From the NCBI GenBank assembly GCA_002633005.1, contig NMRA01000099.1, positions 1 to 64,000 of the forward strand: a stretch of 64,000 bases of DNA. Direction: 5' to 3'. Position numbers and translations under genes: made by a program. The stretch's first letter is position 1; each line of letters begins with the position of its first letter. Positions 37,636-50,114 of the stretch are shown one piece after another. This DNA is from Phoronis australis (Eukaryota > Animalia > Phoronida). The notes below the pieces were generated by a model. That model was not told the origin of the DNA. It did not search any database and saw only the letters and a list, made by a program, of their open reading frames with translations.

Positions 37636-40464
37636 GTTGTGCTGACCTCACTGTCCCACACATGGGAGAAAGACCCAATTACGTGTAATTACCCCAACCC
37701 TAAACTGTAGTAAATATCTCTGCCTACATATGATGGGAGTTCTCATAATACATTAACAAATAACTTTCGTTAAAGAGAAACACCACGGTGGTGGTCAGCT
37801 GGAAAAAGCAACCAAGTAAGGATTTCGATTTTTAAAAACCGATGAACTAATAAGCTAAAAACTACAAACATTGGGTACGATTGAAGCTAAACGACCGTGG
37901 GTATTGATATACTCTGTGGACTTTCAAACACTGATCAAAGTTCACAATTTCACATGGATTATTCTTTTAATATTCCTTCAACCTCGTTTAACCAAATTTT
38001 TAACTCGGATACAGTTGCATTTAAATTGTGCCCACTCATTTTTATGACTTTTCCAAAAGTAAGAATTGTAGATTTGTTTGCTGTGAAATGTCTAGTGTAG
38101 CTACCTGAAATCTGGAAAGTCCAGGGATGGGTTCACAATTAACTGAACTAATTAAGTTTCGCAGGCAATCAAAAGCTACCACTGTTTTGGTACTTCAAGT
38201 TTAAGAATTAAAAAAGATATTAACTAACCATTCCCGATAAGAGAAAAAAGTGGACGAGAGCATTAAAATGAAATAACAAAAACTCGTTTGAAACATATTC
38301 AAAACCATCGTTTCTTTGGGAAGTGGCCCATTGTCAAGTTAGAAACAAATTAACTTTTTAGTCGTTTTGTGATATTTAATAAAACTAGTTAAAACTACTG
38401 TCCACTCAGCTGCAACTCCACTATTGCCAGAGGAAACGAACTTGGGTAAAATAACAAGCATCACTGTTGAGACAGCAGTGCTAGCTATTATCTTTCCACT
38501 TCATTAGCTCAGATCTACATCAATACAAAGGGCGTGCTGAATAGGCATCCTAAAAGTTGTCTGGGGCTAAGAGATTCTGAGAAGTGACCAGTGTAACCAA
38601 GAAATTCTCCACATGAATTCATCAACTATAGGGGTCAAGGGCTGCTTTTCATTTTAAAATCATTTGAAAATGGAAACAAAATGTAAAATATTTTGTATTT
38701 GATAGTGATTTTATTTTGATTTTAAGACTGTTTCACTTTCAAATTGTTTTAATTGTTATATATCTGATATTTTCAGGACCACCTGTTATTTTCACTATTT
38801 CCATTTTAAATAAAACATATTTTCAAAATTGTTTTCTAAGATTTTCTTTTTGAACATGTTTTACTTTTCTAATCTATCTGTCCCTTTGTATAGCTTCATG
38901 ATTTGACCACCAGGAGGGGCAGCTATTGGATGCTGGAAGGCAACCAACAAACCAACTATCTGTCCCTTTGTATAGCTTTGTGATTTGTCCACCAGGTGGA
39001 GCAGCTATTGGATGTTGGATGTCAACTAACTAACCAAATACAAAGATAATATACCCCAAGATGGCCGTCCTTGTGTAATTTGCCTAGTCACACATTTGGA
39101 ACAGCGCCACCTATTGGGTGGAGTCCAAGTTGTATTCGGAGCCCCCCAGCTACGTCAGAGCTGTGATGAAGATTGTAAATACCTTGGATAAAAACAAGAT
39201 TTCTAGACATAAAACCAATTTTGAGGAATTATCATTTATAAGTTACTTGAGGAAAACATAATTTTGATGTTGATTTGCAAATACAATAATTATTGTGATG
39301 CAATAAGACTAGAATGAAAGCAAACCCCATTCAACTCAATAACAAAATTTTTTAGATCCCTTTGTAAGCATAGCAATACAACACAATATCAATCTTGAGG
39401 AAACATCATTTGTATTTACGTGGAAGTTTATGCAATTATGATAATACTTAATTATGATAATATTTAACTGTAATTAACTAAGTCTTTGCCAGGGCTAAGA
39501 CTGGTATGAAAGCAACCGCCTGAATTCAATAGAATGACATTTTCCACATGGTTTTCTAAGTACAGCTACAGAATCAACTAAATACAATAGTAATTTATGT
39601 AATATTTAGCATAATATTTTATCATATATTACGTAATATTTATATATAGTTTTTGTTGCTGAAAGACACGGAATAAAATAGAAATGAATAATAAACAATA
39701 CTCACTAAATAAACAAAAGTAGGGTAATAATAAATAAGAGCATGTGGATCAATATCATTTTTATTCTAACTTTGTTACACATCAGCTCAAAAGACATTAC
39801 AAGCATTGTAATTTTAACACACAATTGATAAATTGTATGAAAACAATATTCCATGTTTAAAATACATTATACAATACATGTCAATACAGATATCTCAGCT
39901 ATGAGACCTAGCACTTCTACAGTACTAATGTTCTGGACTAACTGCAATATTAAAAACTATAAATTTGATTTTGCCAACATAGCAATAGTTGTCAGGGATA
40001 ATGTATGAAGTTCGAGGGAACATACACCACCATCCGGTACAATGAAATTTTTTCCAAGAAAAGTTTTCCCACTTATACTGCACATAATTAGTCTACTTCA
40101 GACTAATTAATCAATGTTATATGATTATTGACCATTTTATATGAAGACAATGGCATCAATACAACTCCTTGGGCATTAACCTCAAACTGTATCAGGGTAA
40201 ATGCTAATCCCTAAAGTTATCAAAAAATATATAGTTTAACAGGTTCTCGGTAGCTCTTAATTTTAAGTTTTGCAATTTAAACACGCTCTGCTTGGGTCTT
40301 CACCAGGACTAATACAATAGTACTTCAACTCTGATGTCACATAGACATGCCCCTTAGAGGTTGTACTTCAAAGAGAGTTCTGCAAGACAAAATGAGACCA
40401 CTTTCCACAAGTAGTTGGTATGAAAGACACACACATTCTGATGGGTTGTGGAGTTTAGCAAGTA

Positions 40465-40671
40465 CATGCACGCACACCGAGCCTAAAAAATGGGGGTCTC
40501 GAATTTTTGAGAATGTGTACCTAAAACTGAGAAAAATTGGTGAAAGTGGACTTTTGTCTCATTTTCTACTTTTTTCGGAGTTTTCGTTTCTCTAGGCCAA
40601 ACCTTTTTGACCACTACGCCAAATAGGGAGGGAGCTCGTTCGAGCTCCAGGACTCCCTGTATGCGGGCATG
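40465..40671. mobile_element. Short MITE
   Basis: Imperfect TIRs CATGCACGCACAC / TGTATGCGGGCATG. Confidence 0.5.
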
Positions 40672-43149
40672 GGAAACAAGCTGTTTGGGTACAGCGGAAT
40701 GTATCAAAGAATAAGCTTTGTTTACTGTTCTGAGAAAGAAGTTGACTCAATAATCCCTGTTTAGGCTGTATATTCTTCAACAAGATAGCCTTAGGCACCC
40801 GTATCCTGTGATAATGCAGAGTAGTGCCTGGGAACTTGATACTAACACATCAAATCAGATTGTTTATACTAAATCAACAATTTCTTATTTTAGTTGATAA
40901 GTGAATTGTTCCTCTTGGATATGCGACTACACAATCGCAAGTTATGTAGCTCTTCTAAGGATTTCCCTGCTAGGTCAGATCTATGCATACTCTGCACCCA
41001 ACTCGCACAACTAAAATTGAACCATACACTGAGAAATAGCCTACACGCCAACAAACATCATTAGATTGTGCACGCTTGCAAACATTCTCCACTAAACCTG
41101 ACCATGTAAGTGCTATCCCACCCCAGTTTTCACAGAGTAAACAAGGCCAGCTGACCAGGACACTGGGTCTGACCCTGTAACCTGAACTGTAGATTACCCA
41201 CAGACTAGTCTTCTTTAAGCAAACACAGTTGATACAACTCCACTTCAATTTTGTTAAATTCCTAGCAGAAGATATGCAGCCACTACCGAAAGAGTCTCAT
41301 ACGACCATGCTGTGGGCCTCAGTATTGTCAATTACTAGTAACTCTCCTTAATAGGGAGGCCAGCTACTATTATTATTCTACTGCTGTACTGACTCCTGTT
41401 CTCCGATCAGCACATACTTGCCAGTAGTGGTATGGAATATATAATGAATATACACTTACCCCTCCTTATCTTTAGGCGAGCGAAACAAAGTATTTTGTAA
41501 GCACCAGAGGACATACTGGCATTACAGTCATCCATGTTATTATGCTGTATTTGAGCTCCTCTCAGAAAGTGGCGCTACTTTAATTGTAACGCTGTGACGT
41601 ATTTTGGTCATACGTCGTACATCTTAGGTAACTATAAAATCTTTGCCAACTATATGTCGCTTTGTCTAGCTTCACGATTTGACCACTAGGTGGGGCGGCT
41701 ATTGGATGTTGGATGTCAACCAACTAACTACATCTTACCTCTATCTGCCAGTAATCGTTTGACCACCAGGTGGAACAGCTATAGGATGTTCGATTCAACC
41801 AAATAACCAACTATCTGTCCCTTTGCACAGATTCATGATTTGACCACCAGGTGGGTGCAGCCATTGGATGTTGGATCTCTACCAACTAACCAACTATGAG
41901 TCCTTTTGTTTAGCTTCATAATTGACCACCAGGTGGGGCAGCTATTGGATGTTGGATATCAACCAACCACAAGGTGGCGCGGGCCTATCAAAATTTGAAA
42001 ATTTCAGTGAAATCCACCGAGCCGTTTTCGAGAACTCGTGTTCCTAATTTCAGATTAAGTAATTTGCCGAGAAACAAAATTGCGAGTCTTCAAAATCTGA
42101 TGGTTTAATTTCACTTAATTATTCGGTGAGAACTTGTTTTGGGTAAATGTAACCTATATATTCCTTAAGCATGTTCATTTTCCAACATTCACTAGCAGTC
42201 ACAAACATTTAAGTTTGGTTTGCCCGCCACCTGTTAGGTCACTAGCAATGTCAACTCAATTTGCAGTGCGTAATTAACTTAATTATGGCTACAATGTTTT
42301 AATTTTGTATTTCGAGTTTCACGTGCCTCGAGACGAACTAAATCAAAGGCGGAGTCAGCTGTAAATTAAGTCAACAGTTCATTGTCATACAGGCCACGCG
42401 CCGGGAAGGCTGATATTACGAAACCAACTATAAAATAAAAAATAGAAATCGTCGGTGGCTAAAACGCGCAGTGAACAAGAGATCGAGACAGCGAAACATC
42501 AAAGTTAATGAATTTGGGTGAAGATTTATCCTTATTCACAACTTGCTCTGTTCGTGAACACAAGGTCACACACCGTCGCCGTGAGGCGACTCGGACTCTG
42601 TGCATTCGTTCTAAACGGTCTTATGCAAACTGACAAACAACTCCCTCATAATCAAAACTAGGTTTTGTCTAGTTGTTTTCCGAGACATCTTTTTATACTA
42701 TGTACACCACATTGACTCAATATTATGACGATTCACTGAATGAAAGAATTGTGGGTACATACGCAATTTCTCTATGCCTGGCAAGAGAAATTGCGATTTG
42801 AGTGACAGCTCTGTAACTTTTGAAGTGGGGAAATGTAGTAAACAATTTCCATGTGGGCCAGGAAAATCTGTTTCGTTTCTACATTAGACAAGAAATGTGT
42901 CGATTTTAAAGTTAACTTGAAATGAGGATAATACATGTAGATTAATCCACACGGTTATTCAAAACTGCAAGAAACTTAAAAATTAAGAAGTAAGGTACTG
43001 TATATTCTTAAAAACGGCTCCTTTTTCTTTTCATGTGTCAAAGTTTATTCTCCTCTAGCAAACAAATTTACAAACCTTGACAGATGAAACAATACAGCAA
43101 ACAGCATGGGTTATCCTCTGACTAATCAAGAGATATCACTAAATAACAC

Positions 43150-44490
43150 TTCAGGATGTAACTGAACAAGGTTTACAAAGTTTGAAAGTTGGTATCTTTT
43201 TGTTCAAGTTTTTGGCGAGTATGATCAGCTGTTTTGTCTTAATACAATAAGGATTCTTCTTGACCATTAGCTGATTACTTCTTAATTCTAGAAGCCTACT
43301 TGTATAATTAATATCTGACATCATACTGTAATTGGTGGAGAAACAAAAACTCTCAAACATGAAGGCTTTGTTAGTCCATAACAGGTTCGCATTAACGCAG
43401 AATTTTTCATTGCAGACCTTTTTTGAACCAATCCAAACACATTTTGTTTTCTCAATATTTGGCTTCAAACCAGAAAATTTTGCAAACTGGTCAATAAAAA
43501 TTTAAAGACAATCTCAAAGATAATTCAGAGTCATCCAAAATTAAGCAAGTTTCGTTGGCGTACTGAAGCATTAGAAGCTCGGAAATACCAAACTTTACTC
43601 CAGTGATGCCACCATACTGTCGAATTAGATTACCTAAAATTCCTACACACAATACAAACAGGTAACGAGAAATGGGGTCTCCCAATTTCAAAAACTTCAG
43701 AAAAAACTCCATGTTGTACAAAATATAAACAGTTTTTACCGTGCTTACTATCTTGGGCTGAATTTAAAGTACGACAGTGCCTTAAATATAAAAGACCGGT
43801 AATCTGAATCGAACTCTTTTTCAAAATCAATCATTAAGAGGTGTCCAGGAAGGGATTTGTAATCCAACAACTGGCTTACATCAAACGCAATTCTAATGTG
43901 ATCTTCTACATGTCTGCCTTTCATGAAACCTTGCTGATTCTCATGAAAAATGAGTCCAACAACACGTTTGATTCGTCTTGCATTACACTCAGACAGAATG
44001 TTATCAGTTGTATTCAATAGCGAAATTGGTCCCCGCTTCTTAATATAATTCTCTTGGCTTATTTTCTTTAAGTATGGTTGATATAATATCCTGTTTTTGT
44101 TGCAGCTAGTTCTCCGTTGTTAATGCCTTCTTCAAAAGACAGGAACAAAAATATTTTAGATTTGGTTAAAAGAATTTTAAAAATTTGACTGTAAGGCCAT
44201 CTGGGCCTGGACTTTTGTTGTTTTTCAGATTTTTAAGAGTTCTACGAATTTTCTCTAGAGTGATACAGTTTTCAAGTTCGGCTCGGTCATAATGATTCAG
44301 TTTAGGCACAAGGCCGGATGCCAAAATTCATCTATATTCACGTCAACAAGGGCACTGTCTTTACAAGAATATCTTTTTTATCAAAAGAAATTATCTCAGC
44401 GAGTGTAGCTGATTGCTCCGTAATAACAGCATTATTAGAGTCAATTAGCTTAATTATATTTTTAACCCATTTATGTGAAAATATGGATGT
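43150..44490 (-). mobile_element. Decayed L1/Tx1 LINE RT region (unit B)
   Basis: KSPGPDG, ENQQGFMKGR, IDFEK, LGDPISRYLFVLCV, QYANET (for YADD). Confidence 0.88.
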
Positions 44491-45230
44491 TGTATACGCC
44501 ACGTTATTAACTGTGAAATACGGGAAAAAAGAGCCAATCCGTATACACAGTAGAAGCCGTATACAGCGGTAGAAGCCCTATTTCACAGTTGGTGAGCAGT
44601 CCCTTGCTGAAGTAAATTCGAGGGTGCAAGGCCAAATTTGATCGATCTCATTCATATGGGTTACTTAAATCAATAATTCAAGGCGTTGTTCATGAAAAAG
44701 CAGTTTTGCTGCTCTAAAAACAGAAAAGATTTAGCAATGAAAATTCCGTCGCACGGTGATCAGGCTGCAATTTTTGGGCCTCGCTGAACGTTTTAATCCG
44801 GGTCGGTCAACATAATCACCCAAAAATCTAATTCAAGTCCAAAGAAAACGTTTCGTTATGGATGCATACAGTATATGTACACTGAGAGCTAAGCTCCTTA
44901 CAGGAAATTGCGACCTAATATCTTGTTTGTGTTTTTAATGAGACAATCACGCAGCGTCCGACTCCCCGTCGCTGCCGGTCGTAGCGTAAAATCCGCTTTT
45001 TGCGATACAGACCTTTCTTCAAGTTAAAGCAAGTTGGGTACCGTACTTGGCATACATATGACGTCATATTACATCAAGCCGAAGCACAAGGCAACAATTA
45101 ATGTTTTGTGGCGATGATGCAAATAAGTCCATATATATGGGGTAAATAGGTTATCCAAGATAAAATGAATTCTGGATAGAATATGGCAGTAGTATTCCTA
45201 TCATGTGGCATAACTTACATATTTACAAAA

Positions 45231-45460
45231 CATGCGCGCACCCAGCCTTTAATATGGGGGGGCTCGAATTTCTGGCGATGTGGACCTTTTGCGGACAAAA
45301 AGCGGGAGGACTAAAAAAACGGGGTACTATCTGTGCGTCTGCTCCTTTTTAGTGATGTTCTGACTTTTGTCTAGTTTTCTCGGACTTTTTGTTTCCCTGA
45401 GGCGGACCTTTTTGCCCACTTCGCCCCCCACCCCCTAGGCTCCCTCTGGGTGCGCGCATG
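45231..45460. mobile_element. 230-bp MITE (hAT-like CA...TG termini)
   Basis: Perfect TIR CATGCGCGCACCCAG...CTGGGTGCGCGCATG. Confidence 0.75.
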
Positions 45461-45469
45461 CAAAAATGC

Positions 45470-45975
45470 ACTTTTCTTATGCTCAAAAATACTTTGTTGT
45501 TTTTTCCGTTTCAATATAGCAAGCTCTCGATCTGAGCATCACTCCATGCTTGTGTTCCCTGCAATAATCATCGTATTCGGACTGCTTATTTCCCATTAGA
45601 TCTCCAATTACAAGATCATCGTTCTCGCTAATCGAATCTTGTTGGGATATTATTTGTTCTTCCAGCTCCTTTCCTTTGTCATTTTTGTTCTTTTTAGAAA
45701 TACTATACGTAGTAGTTACCGCTCGAATATTTAATAAAATCATTTCTAAAAGTAATTGATCTGATATATGAAATTGAAGCTTATCAGAATAAATTTCGTG
45801 AATTTTGCTCAGGTTGTATATTGGGAGAGCATGGTGTTTTTTGGATCTCGTTCGTGACACGATTGATATACCCCTATCCTTTAAAAGGAGGTTGTTAAAT
45901 TTCCAAAACCCTGGCCGTTTTTAAACGCATTTCATTTTTGAAATGATGCTATGATCCCATCTTTAGACCGGTGGT
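45470..45975 (-). mobile_element. L1/Tx1 linker fragment (unit B)
   Basis: ISDQLLLEMILLNIRAVTTTYS...GVMLRSRA...EKTTKYF. Confidence 0.8.
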
Positions 45976-46341
45976 AATTCCAAATAACCCTGCCTCGCGC
46001 TGAATGTTTTTTAAAAAGGCCATGAACACTAATGGCTTTTGTCATTAAATGAGCTTCGAATTCGCTCTCTCATTGAAGATGTTTAAGAATTAGCTAGTCG
46101 CTTCTCACCGAGGCGATCCAATTGACAGTTAGCCGGTTTTAAATTGTGTGCCACGTGATTTGTGTTAGTACAACTGGTAGCGTTTTTTATCTCTGCAAAC
46201 AGTTAGTGTGTGCTATCAGTATTGTGCACGAGTACTTACGGGAACACGTAATGCGATTTCGCAATGTGTTTGAATAGCAAGATTTTTAAAGACGACAGCT
46301 TTAACAAAAAAAGAACATTAGAGTAATTTAAGGCAGTGCTC

Positions 46342-46620
46342 ATGACGGTTTTTATTTCCTGCGTCTTGTTCTCTGTTCTGGTTTTAACCAGCGTGAGGAG
46401 CACCCACGTGTCTTCAAGTGGTGAATCGTACACGCATAAAACAGTTCTACGCGAAAACGTCTACGATGTTTACTGGAAATACGATTCGTCCATGATCACA
46501 TTTGAAGTAGAAGTCGCTACCACGGGATGGGTTGGTTTTGGGTTTTCTCCAAACGGAGGAATGACGGGATCGGATATTGTAATCGGAGGCGTGAATAGCG
46601 ATGGGAAACCTTACTTCTCA
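46342..46620 (+). CDS. MOXD1: MOXD1-like copy B, exon 1
   Basis: MTVFISCVLFSVLVLTSVRS...TTGWVGFGFSPNGGMTGSDIVIGGVNSDGKPYFS|GTAAGT; 279 nt as in copy A. Confidence 0.92.
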
Positions 46621-47992
46621 GTAAGTACAGCCGTTCCTTCTCAGTTAACTATACTAAGATGTATTTCAGTTACTTAGAATTGTTTTATGGTTTTCCCTAG
46701 GAAGAACCATTCTGATTCCAGTCTTGAATAACATCAGCAGCACAACTATTCAATCACAATGTTGGCGTGAGTCAATGTAGTACATGAAATCAGAAATAAA
46801 TGTCTGTAAAGACCTTCGATTCTGATTTAATATGTGACAATAGCTCGCGCCAATAATATTCCAAATTTCTCCAAATCACGGACCACTTAAAGAAGGAAAG
46901 GGAGATAGGGAAAGATGCGTTGACAAGAGCGGGGGGAACTCTCAGGTTCAACCTTCAGTACGAAGAAAGTAAGGCTGCAGGGAAAGACAGAATTTCATTA
47001 ATTACGAGAAAGTGTAAGGTGACCTAAGAGGCCATGGACCGTAGGCCACAGGAGGCCTAGAAAACCACTTCTGTGACCACTTTATGGGGCAATTTAATTC
47101 AGGTGTTTTTGGCGTCACAAGTCATAGTACTATATAAATGAAAAAAGTTCCCGTTTTTAAACTTGCACTCTTTTTGTGAAATTTGATGTTAATATTACTC
47201 CAATTCAGCAAATTCTACATGGAATTAAAAAAGTTAGAAAAGAAGAAAATTAAAAGTCCATAAAGGATGATACTACAAATAATATCCCTACAGGCAGCAT
47301 TAAGTCACAATAAACAAATAATTTGTTATATTCTTCAATTAAAATGTAGAATTATGGAAGAAATGTGAATTTATGGGGTGTCACCAGTTAGCGAAATATA
47401 GAACTATCACTCATAGTGTTTTATGCTGTTTTTACTGTTGGTAAAACTATAATTATCAAACTGACTATGCCTCACCTTTATTTTATCACATATTTACTAA
47501 TCTGTCATATAAAAACAATCACTGCTAGAAGTCCAAAGCATACAATTTGTCAAAAATGGAGACAAAAAGTATAGAATAACAACAAATGCAGTCGGATTAA
47601 GGCCGAGAAATCAACAAGATAAAAAGACATTACTAAAGACGTAAATATGAAAATAGAAAAATGTTTCACGAATCACCAGGCTCACTGGGCCAGTAACTAG
47701 CCTGGTTTATGTCTCTTGAAAAGATGGGTTTGTATGCAAAATGGTCTCGGCATACTTAGTAGTTAAGCAATCTTTCCTCTTTGCTCTTTCAATCTTTGTA
47801 ACGTCAGCAAGCTTATATAACATGATTTGTGATACTGGATACTGCCTGGAGCCCACGCCAATCCCTGGAGTTACTTGATGCAAATGCCAACTGGTGACAC
47901 ACATTGTGTTCATTACTGTCTTCATCTCCAAGGGAAATTCATTCTTGCACGCAGTCAATGCTTTTTGTCCATGTCAGTTTCGAGAAACTTAA

Positions 47993-49376
47993 CGGAGAAT
48001 GCCACCTAAAAAACAAGTAACAACCTATTCTGCATCAATTCAGATCGAGTAGTTCTGCTCGATAACGGCACGTTACCTGACACCTGACGGCAGACGGAGA
48101 TGTTGAAATTATCCAATGGCGTCATTGGTTTCACCCGCAGTCTGTTCAGCAGTTCACAACACGGGTTACTGGTGTCAGCTTATCGCTTGAATTCATCGTT
48201 TAACACCAATGAATCACCAAACTTCGATGTAAAACCCTTAACAATACACCGAGTTTTTGTAGAAACGTGTTGTTTTATTTCGCTGTTACGGATTTATTGG
48301 TATTTGGACACACCGTAGCTTACAAAGTACGGCAGGCCAATTTACCAAGGTCCGCAGCAGGAGTTTGGGATCTGTTCGGAGACAAATTCGAAGTATTCTT
48401 CCATGAAATACAGACAATAGAACCTAAATCAGTGCTGTTTAGACTTGTGACTTTTTGAGTTCTAAACACACAAAACGCTTGTTATTCCGGTCAGAGGCCG
48501 CCGGGACTGGCACGAATATAAACCATCTTGAGTTGGAAACTAAACCTCCAGTCACGAAAAGACTATGAGTGAGCCAAAGAAATAATGTGCACGTAACTAT
48601 TTATGTGAATTAGCCACGAAACTGAAAATCTACTTACTTGTCGGGGGCCGCGAAGTCTGGTTCCCCTTCCACAGACAGTCAGGGCAAATGTTGTACAGTA
48701 ACAATGATTTGAATAATGTATTTGTATTTCTAAATCAAGATTCCCTTAACATGTGACCATAGCATATAAAGTCGAGTAATTGTTTCACAGCAGCTTTCTG
48801 TCAGCAAACACTAACTTAGCATGCGCTCACACGGCCTCGGTGCCAGGTCAATTACCTTTATTGCCGGCACCAAAAGCCAGTAACGCAGTGGTTTATTCAC
48901 TTCTGGCTTCTCAACATTTGTACTCACGAATACTGCAAAGGCATTACAAATTGTATCTAATGAGACAGACTTTGTTTCAGTTTTATATAAGCATTGGTTA
49001 GGATGAGAATAATACATTTTGAAACATAACACAAAATAATAAACGTCAACATGGCAACCAGCCCGGCGCCAATCTCGACTTAGTCAAGAGGTCATCCGAC
49101 GTAGACTTCATGGGTTGGATCATTAGGTTTCACAGGCTATCAGTTCGAACCGGAATGCACTGATCAAGAAATACTAGAGAGGCGCCGTGATTATGCAGCG
49201 GAACGTATGGCATTCACTCTGCAGACGAACCACTGACGTCGCTGCGTCGTTTCTCACCTTCCCCACAGGTTAACGCGACACCTCTCGGCACGGTGAGGTC
49301 CACCGTATATGAGGCGATATGGATATAGATCGATTAAGACGGTAAAAAAACTTATTAAATCAGGTGGCATTCTCCT
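47993..49376 (-). mobile_element. Kolobok-like element, same family as 9469-11180, opposite orientation
   Basis: TTAA|CGGAGAATGCCACC...GGTGGCATTCTCCT|TTAA; colinear reverse-complement match; LGFTGYQFEPEC peptide at ~49125. Confidence 0.75.
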
Positions 49377-50114
49377 TTAACGGATCGGATGAACTTACTG
49401 CTTGAAAGTGTGTGCAACATTCATTGACAACATCTCTTAAGGGGGCCGACATGTTAGATTAGGTCTGCAGTTACTTAATTTCTGAGCTTGTGATTGACTT
49501 AAGATGCCATCTTGTGTTAGTCTTTTGTTGGATTTAGTGCCACCTCTTGTTCAATAATGTAACATTTGGACTCACAAAAAAACTTTTTTTTACAACATAA
49601 TGTGCTTAATGGTATATCTATCCGTACAGAAAAAATCAAGTTGGCCCCCTGACATGGTCAGGACGAAACGACTGGAGCTACGTCCCATACAGTACAGTTA
49701 CGCACCCTAAAATATCATTTACGGGTTGTTAAGGATAAGTAGGACTTGTTTGCCAATCTTCTTGAGCGAACACGTGATGAGGTATAAGAAGACTCTTGAT
49801 AACTCGTCGCACAGCCCTTGGGAATAGCATTTCTGCAAATCTTGTATGAGTCAAAGGTTGTAGTGATGGTACCTTACACAGTGCAGAAATTACACGGATG
49901 CGATTACTTCTGCGGGTACATATAGGCTACATAGGTTTTATTGAAAAGTTTGTGTATTCAGCCAAATTACAGCAATACTGCCAATTATATCTCAGAAAAG
50001 TACATATTTTCTGAAAGTTGAACGCCAGTAGAATTCCATTTTGGATTGTTGACCAATCTGCCCGCCATTAAATCCCGTATTCCGCACGCCCGCTCCTTTC
50101 GGCCGTGAGGTATA

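Larger units (their letters stand above)
35720..41985. mobile_element. ~6.3 kb insertion with inverted terminal arrays of an ~81-bp repeat (foldback-like DNA element)
   Basis: Absent from the paralogous site at ~1685; unit GATTTGACCACCAGGTGGGGCAGCTATTGGATGTTGGATGTCAACCAACTAACCAAC: 3 copies reversed at 35800-36000, 2 at 38870-39040, 4 at 41670-41980. Confidence 0.8.
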
